Made by a program: the position numbers and the translations under genes. Below, piece by piece: positions 12,321 to 25,020 of a DNA stretch of 32,000 nucleotides. Source of the DNA: Zygophlyctis sp. KS116 (Eukaryota > Fungi > Chytridiomycota); assembly GCA_054661495.1 (NCBI GenBank), contig BAAFSQ010000069.1:1-32000 (forward strand), read 5' to 3'. Under the pieces are notes generated by a model. The model searched no databases. It was given only the letters and a program-made list of their open reading frames with translations, and was not told the origin of the DNA. Within the stretch, counting starts at the first letter, position 1, and every line of letters starts with the position of its first letter.

Positions 12321-12504
12321 CTAATTTGGGAATTTTAATAACCTAGGACTTTGAACTAGATCTATGATTGTCTATAGCCTTTTATTAAATTACTTTTCTA
12401 GAAACATAAATATATTTCTTTTTGACATATAATTTGATTATTTTAGTAATATCTTTTCAATAAAGACAAGAGACCACCCAAGATGGGAAGTTGGGGAATC
12501 TAGG

Positions 12505-14059
12505 TTAATTTGCAAGTTTAATCTCCACAATATCTGGATCTTCACCAAAAATGCATTCTACAGCTGAATAATCATCCACTTTGAAAAATACAGAAATCCT
12601 ATTTGGATGTCTGGAAAAATTGGTAGGCCGCCCAGAAGTACTTTTACGGAAGTCAACAATTGCATAGTCAGCAGCTTCAAGCGCAACATATTTTCCATGA
12701 GGAGGCTCAAATCTACTGATATGTTCCCCAACACCATCTCCATTAACAAGTAATTCGATGCCCCACTGCAATTCACCATTCAAATAAAAGTCTATTTCCC
12801 CATTTACTGCCTGATCACTATTTTCAGAATTAATGTTTCCGCTCTGAAAGAAAAAGCTGCATTATAGTCTTTTCTGAAGGGTTTACGTCTTTTTCCAAAT
12901 TGTCATTTAGAAAGTCCACAGATCTTCGCAACGCACCAATGAGTCCACAACTTTCCTCTGCTATGAGGGTTTTTAATGTGTCAAATTGCATTTTCTGAGG
13001 CAAACCAATTACTGGTGATTCCAGAAACTTTAAAGATTCATTGTAAGAAAGCAAAAAGTCTTTTCTCTCCAGTTTTGGAAGTTCTTCCATTTCAGCGGGA
13101 CTTGGCGATTTTCCTCCAATCAGAAGATGTGTAGATACAATGACAAATTTCATATTTTCTGGTAGCCATTTCGGAGACACCTTTATCAAATCTTCCCAAA
13201 ACCCGATGTTATCATACTTTTCTTGAGCGTCATCAATCAAAACAATAGTATCATTATGTCTAATTTCGTCCTTCACTGTCTTTTTTTTCAGATCAATTCC
13301 ATTTGCCATAAACAATTCATTACAAGATGTTCCATAAATTTTAAAAGAAATATAGATAATATGTTTATCTGGATAAGATTGCTCATATAATGATAATAAT
13401 GATGTTTTTCCAGAACCAGCAGGAGAGGTCAATCTAACAAACCGATTTCGATCAATCCGTGTCGCCAACTTTAAAACCAACTCAGGTCTTTTCATATGCT
13501 CTGTGCTAATGTCGATACTATTTAATTGAATGTTTGTAGATTTATGCTTCTTGGACATATCGATGAAACTGACAATAAGAGCATCCTTTTTTGACTTTCC
13601 AAGACCATCCACAGGTGAATCTTCCTCGAGCGGCTCTTCCTGTTTGTAAGATTTAAAATCATTTACCTTTTCTTCATTAGAATTTCTCTTATCAAATGAT
13701 TGCTTGTTCTGAAAGACCAAGAGATCAGAAGGACTTATTCCTTTGAGATGGCTGTCAGAGTAATTGACTTTGACAGCATCTCTAAACTGGTCAATATCAG
13801 AACCAATGGGAACTGAGACCTTGGTAGCAGTCGTTCCCTTGTATGGCTTTCCAGTCCCATGGTCATAGAGATGAAACCAAATGCGAGCATTGGAAGTCCA
13901 GATTTGTCTGTAAAAGTCCAATTTCCCCACTTTCAGCCCAAGAGATTGTCCGCTAAAGTTTTTAGAAATACAATGCAATCCTTTACTAAGAGGCCTGACA
14001 TTTATAACCAATGCAAGAGTATTTGGCAGTCTAAAACTATAACTACTGACCAAGATCAT
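12505..14059 (-). pseudogene. Crinkler (CRN)-like gene: ubiquitin-like header, P-loop NTPase and an out-of-frame REase; pseudogene or rescued by splicing
   Basis: Header IWFHL...GKPYKGTTATKVSV...FRDAVK...PLEEDS...ALIV; SPAGSGKT; VLIDDAQ; stop at 12830-12832; GEIDFYLNGELQWGIELL...EH..RF...DY..VDFR in a frame shifted by 1; intron 13640-13666. Confidence 0.7.
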
Positions 14060-14299
14060 TTCAACGCCAAAATTCGCGATTTCGGATCTGCGTCAAGATT
14101 AGATCATTGCTTTGTTTATTAATAAATACGATTTATATTCTCTGCAAAAAGAACAAATTTAAGCATTAGCATTAGATAGTCTTAAAGTTTAGCGTCAAGA
14201 AGAGAGTGTTATGAGGAGAGTGAGACAGAGAGTCTGGGTTTAATTCAGCATAAACCAAAGGCCTAAACTTGTAATTTGATCTGAATTCCTTTGATTTTT

Positions 14300-17200
14300 A
14301 TGTCTAGAGAAGCATCATTACTGGCAATATTAACTTCAGGAAAGCCCGCCGTCACACATGGACCAGAGGCAAGAGGGAATAGACTGGGTCCGGGCCCAAT
14401 CAAAATAACTCCGAGCGCCACATCAGGTTTGGTCTCTTCTGGATCGTTTGAAAGTCAGCAAATTACAATAATTTCTTCTAAATGCGAATATAAAATAGGA
14501 CGGACGATTCAGGTCTCAAAAGATATTTTGGTCTATGGTATGAGAGGAGGGAAATTGAGAGTAATTGGATTAGCAAACGGTGAAACAGTGCTTTTACGGG
14601 AACATACTCAAACGCTATTGGATCTCAGTCTGGTGAATAACTTTTTGGCTACGACAAGTTTAGATGATACTTTTAGAGTTTGGAGAATTGATACGGTAGA
14701 TTCTACAATTTCTACAAATTTGCTGCTCACGATTCATGGTTATAAGACATCAAATGAGGTTGAAGCAACTTTTGGTTATTTAAACTGGCATCCAGTTCTG
14801 GAAAATGTGATTGCAATCACTACGTCTTTAAAGCAAGTCTGGATTTTTGACTTGAATGAAATTTGGAAAGATGAGCCACAAGGGAAATTATTGGATTTAT
14901 CTGATTATCTATTGCAGGATATTGTTGGATTGAAGCGTATTGAACTTACAGAAGTAGGTTTAGTAATTTTATGTTTAGAATTTATCTCTGGTTTCTTGGT
15001 CTCCAGATGGAACAGTACTTTCTGTTGCGGGGACATCAGGACATGTTTATTCTTATAATTCATGTGATTCCTATAAATTACTATCAAAATGTGCACCTTT
15101 TGGAGGTCAGTGGGTATTATTTTTTTAATCTTAAAAAAGGCGGTAGATTCATTGTTATTTGTTGATAGTTCTACAGCTATTCTTGGCTCGGATATGAATG
15201 TCTCTATTGTTTTGATGAATTTAGCAACAGGAACTAAATATCATCATTTAAGTTTTGATAATCCTGGGACTGAAAAGGTTTTATTCAATGTTCCTGCGTT
15301 ACATTTGGATTCCCAGACGCTGATACTAGGTTCAAGTATTTGTCCTTCGCTTTATAGTTTTCACTATAATATTCCAGCTGTTAAGAGCGATTTTGTGAAT
15401 ATGTCAAGTGCAGATATTTTTGAGTCAAAGGCAAACGTTTATTTGAATGATTCGCTTCGTTTTGGTACCGTTTTTTGAAAAATGGCTAATATTTTAGATT
15501 TTGGAATTCAATTTCCAGTTTCAGATGAAGTTTTAAGTCTTACAGCTGTTACAGACACAGAATCCTCATTGACAAGGAAAACCTCTGTATACTGTTTCCA
15601 GACATCAAATATTCAGAGGATGACGTTTGAGTCTAAAATTTCTAATCCCACTGATAGAGCATCATTGCCCTTGTATGAAATTCCATTGATTTCCAATACG
15701 GGAAACATTGTACCCGTAGAATCAACGGTAGCTTCTGAAAACGTGGTAGTGAATGAAAAAAGTTCTGTACCGCCCAATGGTTTCAAAATTTTGAAAAGAG
15801 ATCCCGCTTCCAATAAGCCGAAAATGGGTACTCCTACGGTGATAACAGATGTTCCAGCTGCTACCTCACTTAGATCCGGAGTAGATGTTTTGAATATGCT
15901 TGTTCAGAATTCAGCAGAAATTGGTGATTCAAATGAATCCTTCACTACTTATAGTACTCCTTTAACTTCTGTTGCTCCATTAGCTTCTGAAGATGTTTCC
16001 AAGACTGAAAAACCAAAGAAAATGAAAAAAGAAAATGTTGCCAAAATTAAAACGAATGTAGTGGAGTCTTCTAATGAAACCAGTGAAAAGAAGGGGGAAA
16101 TTTCAAAAACTGCAGATAAAAGCATGATTGCCATTACACTTGCGTTGAAAGAGATGGAATTGCGGCTAACTAAAAAGATTGAAGAAGAGTCTGCAGCACG
16201 AAAGATTTCCAAGGATCTTCATCAGATCTTATCTACAAGTGTACAGGAAAATCTTGCCAATATCTTCCCAATTGAGTTTAAAACGGTAGTTGCCTCTTCA
16301 TTAGCAGAAATTATGGATAAGGAGATGAAAAATGTACAATTTTTAAGAGTAATTTATAGGTGACCAAAAAAATGACATCAGACATTCATAAAGAGCTATC
16401 TCAAAAAAGCTTTGTATCATCACTTTCATCTAACATTTCCTCTACACTTGTACCTGCTTTTGAAAAATCTGTGCGTGATTCATTCCACGACTCATTGATT
16501 CCTAAAATAGAAAAGGGCGTATCTGCAATGCTGGCTCAAATCCATGAAGTTCTAGATCAAGGTATCCGTGAGTTACTTCGATCTCAGAGCACTTCCTTTG
16601 AGAAATCTCAGCAGCCTATTTTAGAAAAATTGCAGTCAGATATAGATTCTATCGGCTCTTCTTTAAAGCAGTCATTATCTGCTTCTACTTTGGAAGGATT
16701 CTTTAGTCCTGGAGGTGTTTTCCAGTCGAATTTAACCTCGACATTGTCAAAAGAAATTAAAAAAGCTCTTTCAAGTCCTCCCCGACAAGACTCTATTAGC
16801 CGTCAAATATCTACGCATTCTATAATGTCTCCATTTGATACCAAGGAAATTGATCTCAAGGCAGAAATAGATCGAGATGTAGAAAATGGTGCATATGAAA
16901 AGGCTTTTACTACAGCTTTAGGATCTACTGATTTATCAAATGTACTTGTAAGATTTTATTATAATAATTACAGTATTTGTGTCAGTCTGTTGACCCGAAG
17001 GTTATATTTAAGGGAAGTAAAGTAATGGTATCTCAAGCTAGTAAGACCTTCAATTTCTAATTTTAGTAATTTTATCTCTGATGCACCAAATTTCTTTAGA
17101 TCTAGTTAAAAACACTGGACTTAAACTCTCTTGGCTCCAAGAATGTGCGATTAATCTTGTTCGCAGTGATCCTATAATTAGCGAACATGTCCCAAAGATT

Positions 17201-17308
17201 CTTGGAACCGTTCATAAAAGACTTCAAGATTTTCTAAACAGATTGGATGATCCTAATGCACCACATTTTAGAACAGCGAAAATGTTGCTCCTGATGACGT
17301 TTGCATAA
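14300..17308 (+). CDS. EDC4: Enhancer of mRNA decapping 4 (Ge-1/Varicose-like)
   Basis: N-terminal WD40 region, Ser-rich linker, helical region, C-terminal LMHQISLDL...KLSWLQE...DPII..H...IL; about six micro-introns. Confidence 0.8.
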
Positions 17309-17309
17309 A

Positions 17310-19323
17310 ATGTTTTGGAAAATTCCGCTTGATGAGATAAAGTATTCTATGGATATGCTTATTTTAGGACAATTGAAATATTGCTCAAGGGGCATTTGGC
17401 GAATGATGTTTTTGTTGATTTTGTTTCCACTTTGAGTGTGCTGACTGATGCATTGAAGACTCCAATGAATTTTGAGTAATCGAAGGCCGATTATTCTAAA
17501 ACATAGATATTTCATAAATCAAAAGATGCATTTCATACTGTTAAACATTCTAACTCTACGGCCTGAATTGCAACTGATCTTGCTGGAATTCTTTAGTCTT
17601 GAATGGGAATTCAACTCTAGCGCATTCATCAAAGACGATTTCTTGAATAACTTGCTTCAGGTAAAATGGAACTTGAAATCAGAAGATATTTCATACACTT
17701 TTCTCTCATTACTCAAACGTATCTCTGTTGGACTCACTCCAGATATCCTGCTTATATTGTTTGATCCGGACTCGCCTGATTTTCCAATTTATAGCACTGC
17801 ATTAAAGTTTTGGAAGCACCCAGATCCACTCAACAGAACTAGTTGCTATACAATACTCTTAAATATTTTCAAGTTTGCAGATAATGAGCTTTTGGAATTC
17901 TTGCTGGACAAGAAGGCTGCAACAAAGCATTTTATTAAAGGACTTACAAAGAAAGTTAAAAGTATTTCCTATTCAAATCTGGAAGATATCGATGGGATTT
18001 TGTATTTCTTAAAGGAACTATTATTGTTGAAAAAACAAGATTTATCGGATTCTGTTCGAGAATTGTTATTCAATACAATCATTGATAAAATATTTGTTGA
18101 TGGATTTAAAAATAATGGTGAAGAGGAAGTCGCTTGGTCACTGATTATAATTGGGAAACTAATTGATATTTTGGAAGATCAAGTTGTTACTATTGGGATT
18201 TGTAATCGTTTATTTGGAAATTATGAATTATCTGTAGTCACGGATTCCAAATTGAATTTCTCAAAAAAATGGATAGATTTTCTAAAAAGGTCTCAAGGTT
18301 TTAATGTCTTAATCTCATATTCCTATGTTTTACATCTAGTTTGGTTGCATGGGTCTATTTTAGAATCTGTAAATTTAGAATCTTTTAGAGAATATCTTCA
18401 CATTTTTATTCAAAGAGCATTTAGGGATAGTTATACTCCAACAATTGTGCTTTTGGTTTGTTTCAATATGTCAATTGCCATTCAGGATTTTACGGCCGTC
18501 ACAGTAACTAGAAATTTATAATTCATAGAAAATCATTCAAGATAATAATGAAGCTGTAAAATTCATGATTGAAAGGGATGTTGTCAAGATGATGAGTTTA
18601 CAAAGACTCTTCATCAATTCATACCGTCAATCAAAGAATTTTACAGCTTCAGCATTATTTGGCTCAAATAAAATTTGGATGAATACGAATTCTGAACCAT
18701 CAAGTGATCAGTTGGATATAATGATTTTTGAAAGATGGCTAGTTTCAAACCAACTTTTATCTCCAAATTCTTTTGAAGCACTCGAGGCAATAATGGATCA
18801 AACTTTTGAAGGAGACTCGATAGATTTTCGTATTTGAATATTTTATAATATCTGTAGGAAAGAAAAATGTCTGTCCTTGTCTAGTAGAGCTTTCAGGAGG
18901 CTACGCAAATACTTATTTCGTATTTGATAATGATGACTTTATATTAGCGGATGCAGAGTAAATATTAAATATCTGAAATTATAGCCCTTTTCAGCTTGGG
19001 AAGGCTGTTATTAGAAAAAGAATCCCCTGGACGTCGACCGAGGTATTTTATTATTATTGAAGAATGGTTAGCTGACAGAAATTACGGATGAACCTTCATT
19101 CAAAATATCAAAAATATCTGTTGAGTATTCAACGGTCCAGGCATATTTACGAACTTTTGAATGTTTTAAACGTGATCAAAACTGTGTATGGCGAGCAAAA
19201 GTCACTCTGGCTAAATCATCTACATCTGTAGAACTGCAAAACAAAATTGTTCAAGCTCAAAAAGACGGATTTGATTTGATGAAATCAAAATTATTGTTAT
19301 TTTTTAAGCTTATAGATCTATGA
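17310..19323 (+). CDS. CLEC16A: CLEC16A/TT9 (FPL domain) endolysosomal protein
   Basis: LLKRIS...DFPIYSTALKFWKHPDPLNRTSCYTILLNIF. Introns 17342-17367 and from 17476 give the N-terminus MFWKIPLDEIKTI...FEYFINQKM. Spliced frame ends at TGA 19321-19323. Confidence 0.75.
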
Positions 19324-21697
19324 AAACAACTTAATTTCAGAATCTGCACCACAAGTAAATATCCATGGTTGAATAGGATGAAATTCATATGCCAATGCAC
19401 CTTAAATTAAAACACTGAAATTATTACCTAAATTATCTTCCATACGATGTGCTTGCAAGGATTTAACAGGAACAAGCAAAGGATTTCGCTCAAGATCGCT
19501 GTAGACCATACCGTGGAATAAGTTGACACTTCCATCGTCGCTGGAGGAAGCAAAAAGAGGATATCTTTTATGGAATGCCACATCACGAATAGCCATTTTA
19601 TGATATCTATTAAATAAGTTAGTCAAAGTTACCGTAGTGTTTTGTATGGCTTAGTCGATAAATCAGTATCAAACCAGCAAAGGCGTTTATCATAGCTTCC
19701 AATGATTATATTGTCCCCTATCAATTAAACATACGTTGACAATTACCACCAGGATGAATATCAATAGAAGAAATCCATTTTACTCCAGATTGTAGCTTTT
19801 TAATCATCTCTTGCTTCATTAAATTATAGATTCGAACACTTTGTTGGGTGGCAACAAAGAATAATGGTTTGTTTGGATGGAATAAAACTCGCTGAATCAA
19901 ACCCTTCAGCTTATTGAAAGGAGCTTGAGACTTGCCTTTCGACAACTGATGAACCAATGCAGCAGCGCCTGTACCTAAAAATATTATACAAGAAATAAAA
20001 ATTTACCTTCTGTACAAACAGATGCAAAATAATCCCCTTTCCTGTGCCAACAAAGATAGGAAGGCGACTATAAATTATTAGAATTTTAAAAAAAGCCTCA
20101 GAATGAATTATTTTCCGCATTGAATAACTAAAATAGTGATTCTGAGCATTGCAGAATTCAAAAAGCATCACTGGCAAAAAATCACTTACCTGTTTCAATT
20201 CTACCTTGAGCAAGTGTCCATTTGATTTTTCAATTGCAGATGGTTTAAGCCAAGTGCAACTCTTACTAGATGCCAATTCTATGATTTTTAGCTTGATATA
20301 TCATACCTGAAGTCCACAAACTATCAATAAAAGCGCTCGTTGAATTTTTTACTGACTCATTACAAACTTCAGTTGCCATAATGTGTATATAGTTTCCACT
20401 GTATTTAAAACAATAAGACATTACCTCGCGACAGCCAAAACTGAAATATTCTTGTTTGGATTCCAAGCAACAAAGTTGACAGAATCTTCAAAAGTCCATT
20501 TTTTCACACAATATCCTGTACTAACTTCCCAAATTCTCAGGGACTTGTCTTCTGATGCAGAAGCCAACCATAATCCAGTAGGATCTACTGAGATGCTACG
20601 GACTCTGCCAGTGTGCCCCTTATAGACGATTGCCAATGAAGATGGGAAAGGTTGCAAATCTTTTGGGCTGGGTAATTTCGGAATCAAAGATTCTGGATCA
20701 ATATTGATCTATTTTTTTAAAATAATTGAAACAAACCTTATTCTTTTTCATTCTTGGGCATAAATAAAGATCCAAGCATCTTTGGAACCTCTCTTGTATA
20801 AATTGATCATACCCAGACACAGATCGTAAATTTGGAAACCTATGATTAACCACTTTAAAAGCATACTTTTTAGGAATAAAGTTAAATGGCCTATCTTGAG
20901 GATCTAAATCTTTCCATTCTTGTAACTCTTCAGGATTTAAAAGATATTCTGCTGGAGGATTATAAGACTCATTGTGATCTAAAATCTTAGCAGGATAATA
21001 AGTCATACCAGGAAGAGGTAATTTAGGAGCCGGAATATGCATTGGATGCTCTTTAATTTCTTCATCATTTTCATTCCATATTGCGAAATTTCTCTCCTTT
21101 TCCAATACTGGTGCCATTGTTATCCAACCCTTCTTTATTGCACCCGCAATCTTCATAATTTTCTTTGCCTCCATTTTTGAAGGAATAAATCTGGATTTTG
21201 GTTCCGTTACATTAATTAATGGATGGATTTCAACTTTGCTAGTAAACCATTCAACAGTTGGCTAATTGTAAGATAAAATATTAAATTACCTGATAAGGAT
21301 CAAAGTCTGCATCGGGAAATTCATTCTTCATTATCCGCTTCATAATTTCTGCCTGCTCTTTAGTTAATGCAACATTTTTCTTTTCGACATCATCAAAAAC
21401 TGTTCTTTGAGATTCAGGATCATCCATTGAAGCCAAAAACTCTTCCAGCTCATCGCCCTTAGCAGGCTTCAGAATTCGTTTCCCATCTACATCATACCCA
21501 ATGTGAGGATAATCTTTGTACCATTCAAGTGGCACATTCCCTACAGTATTGATCACAGATTCATCAGAAGAGTCTGATGCATAATCCGGCTCAATCATTG
21601 GAAGATCTTTTCTTCTGTAAACTTTAATATGATCATCGGTGATGTCAAATGATGGATCTGTCTCTGCATTGAAGTTTGGAGCAAGTGTCGGTGGCAT
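19318..21697 (-). CDS. ERB1: Ribosome biogenesis protein ERB1/BOP1
   Basis: [16 protein letters not shown]...[34 protein letters not shown]40 repeats ending [10 protein letters not shown]; about 11 introns; TAG at 19318-19320. Confidence 0.95.
20095..20175 (-). ncRNA. Intronic box C/D snoRNA predicted to guide 2'-O-methylation of 5.8S rRNA at the G equivalent to human Gm75 (SNORD96-like)
   Basis: Inside the 122-nt ERB1 intron 20068-20189: GCC...GGC terminal stem, box C-like GTGATGC, box D CTGA, D'-like CTCA preceded by TGAATTCTGCAAT, which is complementary to conserved 5.8S AUUGCAGAAUUCA. Confidence 0.85.
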
Positions 21698-21907
21698 TTT
21701 TTTCTAACTAAGCAAATTTTGCCGCAAAGAGCAAAAAGACCTTGAACTCACTTGCTAATCAGTGCCTAAAGATTAAATAATAATTCTAAATCTAAATCTA
21801 AATCTAGATCAAAAATCAGCAATGAATCACTGATCAGACAAGATCACTCTGCGCGAAAGAAATCTCCGTTATTTTGTTTTAATATTACACTTGTCCAATA
21901 GCCAAAA

Positions 21908-24697
21908 ATGAATTTGGAATCAGATATTCCTAAGAAATCAATATATTTTCTTTTGCAATTTGGAGATTTTGTTAATCATGATATATATCAAAAAGGGTAA
22001 TATTTTGTCCGAACTCAATAAAGACTCTATAATATATCGGTTAGATTATTTACAAGAGATCCAACACATAAACATCCTGTAAGGATTGATGGCATTCCGA
22101 TCGAATTGATTGATAGAGACCAAGGTAATCAATATATCTGATCAATTTGTAGAAGATTCAAGTATCGGACATCAAATGATGAAAAGAAAAAAGTGTAGCA
22201 TTGATCATTCAAGATGCTCATGGAAATGTTCTCTAGAGGATAAAGATAATCAAGGAAATGATATTTATATATCTAGGAATTTTGAAATTTTATATCATGG
22301 AGATAGAGTATCTTTAAATTCAGGAGCAATATTTCAAATATCTGTGGATGATGTATCGGAGCCTAAAGCTGGAATAGATGCTTCAAATCCAGAATGTGAT
22401 TATCAAGATATTCATTTGGAGTTTTCTTTGGGGTTTTCTAGTGATTACGAGTAAGATATTTCGGATTTAAGTTAGATCTGGAACTTTATCAGATTTGATA
22501 CCAGTACAGACAAGAATCATAAGAATGCAGAACATTATTCTATCCAATGCGCTAAGTAAACCAAATATTCTACAGTATCACAGTTTGGAATTTAGTGGCA
22601 TATATTTTTCAACCGTAGATGTAATACTTTCACAGGCTACACTGGGATATAATCTTTCCAGATCAGCGAAAATTGATACTTCAACAATCCCAGCATTTTC
22701 TAAGAAAAGTGTTTGGTCTTGGATCACAAAGAAATTGGGCTGGAATAATGCAATAGAGCCAAAAAATGAAGATGTTCAAGGAAAGAATGAAGATAATCGA
22801 GGGAAATCTGAGAAAGAGCCTTGTCGGTTAAGCGAATTCCCAATCCCAGTATTAAGGCTTGAAAATAGTCTTGATCATCTTATTACTCTACAACATTTGA
22901 TATATCAGATGGTTTTTGAGTTAAGAATGTATTCTGATCAGGTAATGAGCACGTCTTACGTGTACGAGCACATTTACAAGGCGCTCAATCAATCTGAAAT
23001 CCAGTTTGATCCAGGGAAAGAGATTAACATTGCTATTCGTCAAGAAATATATACAGAAATATTTCAAATGATCAAGAATTGGATGAAAGATTGCTATGAT
23101 TCAAAAGAAGCGTTAAGAAAGATCGAGGATATTATTCAATGTTTCTCAAATCTAGTACGTTTTTAAATCGGCTGATTCTATAGATTCAAAAATTATGGCG
23201 ATCATTTGTTTCAGAAGTGGCAATTCTAAGTTCTGAGAAAATTAGCGCTCTAAGAAGTACTTGGAGTCGAATTCGTAATGCTCGGACATGCGAATATATC
23301 GTAAAAAAAGATGATCTTCCTATGCGAAAGATGTTGGATCAGTAATTAGTACTATATTTATGATTAGCGTTGAAAAACTGGTTCAGAGTAAATTCCCATT
23401 TAGTGCGATTATTGAAGAGACTACACACACATCTCCGATAATTATGGAATTGTCTAAAATTACAGACTCTAGTTCAATAATGGTCAAGAATCAAACCCGC
23501 TTATCAAGATCAAATTCAAAATCTATTAAAGATCCAGATATAGCGACTGATTCACTTCAAGTCTCATCCATGAATATGAGAAGCCATAGTTATATCAGAG
23601 ATGAACGCGAAAGTACCAGAGGCATGTTATCTCGAAGCACTTTTGATGATCAGGCATCATTTATTTATCCAATCAATCACAGATACTTGTTTGATATAGA
23701 AATGAATATTTCGAATTTATTTGAAGGTCCCAAAAGCTGTCATTTGATTGTATTTGTTCACGGACTATTGGGTAATTTTCAGGAATTTAATGATCAGGAT
23801 CTTCATTTGATTTTAGACAATACAAAAACTGTTTAGAGAAAAATCTTTATTTACTTGGGGTGCAGGATCATCAAAAAGTATTTTTAATTTCTAGGAGCAA
23901 TGAAGGAGAATCACTGGATGATCTCAATAAACAAGGACATCGTCTAGCAACAGAAGTCATTGATTTCATTAATGAGGGAAACTTGAATGTTGATCATATT
24001 AGTTTTGTTTGTCATTCACTCGGCGGACTTGTTGCGCGGTAATCAAATCACAATAATTCTTAGAATTGCTTTAACATCTAATTTATTGGGACCATTCAAA
24101 AACAAATTCTTTGAATTCGTTACTTTTGGATCACCACATTTATCATTGATAAATCTGTCTCATACAATTCTAAACTCTTTTCTTGGAATTTATCAAACTA
24201 TATCTAAATCACGATGCATTGATCAACTTCATTTAAAAGATTCTATCGATCCAAGACAATCTTTATTATACAAATTATCACAAGACACTTGCTTATCTTA
24301 TTTTAAACATGTTAGACTTTATGGATCGGTAGCTGACCGTTACGTACCATTAAGTTCAACCTTGGTAATTCCAGAGGGAGCCGCCGAATCTAACAAGTCT
24401 CTAAACACTATAAAATACCGACAATCTCTACCATCAATCCCTTCATCACATTATCCTGCAAACAAGTCTCCAAATCTTATCTATGAAGAAATGTTGGAGA
24501 ATTTATCTAGCAAAATTGAAAATTCCGGCTGTTTAGAGAAATTCGAAATATGTTTCAGACCAGAGCATCAAGACTTTCTCGGCAGGAGAGCACATTTATC
24601 TCTTGTCCAAGATTCAGATGTTCTTGAAAGAGTTTTGATTGCAAATCGTTTCCACCTTTGCCCAGCTCCTGCCCAAGGCCTCGAAAATGCAACTTAA
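21908..24697 (+). CDS. FAM135: FAM135-like protein with C-terminal DUF676 alpha/beta hydrolase
   Basis: N-terminal FVNHDIYQKGLYNISV; HLIVFVHGLLG, ISFVCHSLGGLVAR, TFGSPHL, DRYVP; several micro-introns. Confidence 0.8.
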
Positions 24698-25007
24698 GTC
24701 TAAATTGGATTGGAACAGCAAGAATGGCCTGCGCAACATTAATAAATTGAATCTTGAAGATAACCTGAAAGAAGACAGTCAAAATGACTTGTCCGAAAAT
24801 TGTAATTTAGTTTCCTCACACTTAGTAAAATGTGCTATTAAATCTGAAGCTGCCTCATATCTGAGAGAGAAGTCCGATATTATTTTAGTCAAGGGATCGC
24901 AATCATTGAATGCCGATTATGAGAATATGTTGGATCAGTCTGCATTAGAGTCAATGGTCATTTTACTCCAAGAGTTTATAAAGTCGACGCCGGAAATTTC
25001 TAAATGA
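24687..25007 (+). CDS. Small hypothetical protein (106 aa), weak resemblance to UAF subunit Rrn10-like proteins
   Basis: ATG in an A-rich context; intronless ORF filling the gap between FAM135 and CCDC42; LDQSALESMVILLQE resembles D-x-(S/T)-AL...ILLEE. The family call is tentative. Confidence 0.5.
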   Translation: MQLKSKLDWNSKNGLRNINKLNLEDNLKEDSQNDLSENCNLVSSHLVKCAIKSEAASYLREKSDIILVKGSQSLNADYENMLDQSALESMVILLQEFIKSTPEISK

Positions 25008-25020
25008 TGTCATAAACATT

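Noticed and set aside
19911-20276. 121-aa ORF in ERB1
   Set aside because: It is a read-through of an exon, the snoRNA intron and an out-of-frame exon.
21784-21807. (TCTAAA)3 repeat in the ERB1/FAM135 spacer
   Set aside because: Short AT-rich microsatellite with no further support for function.
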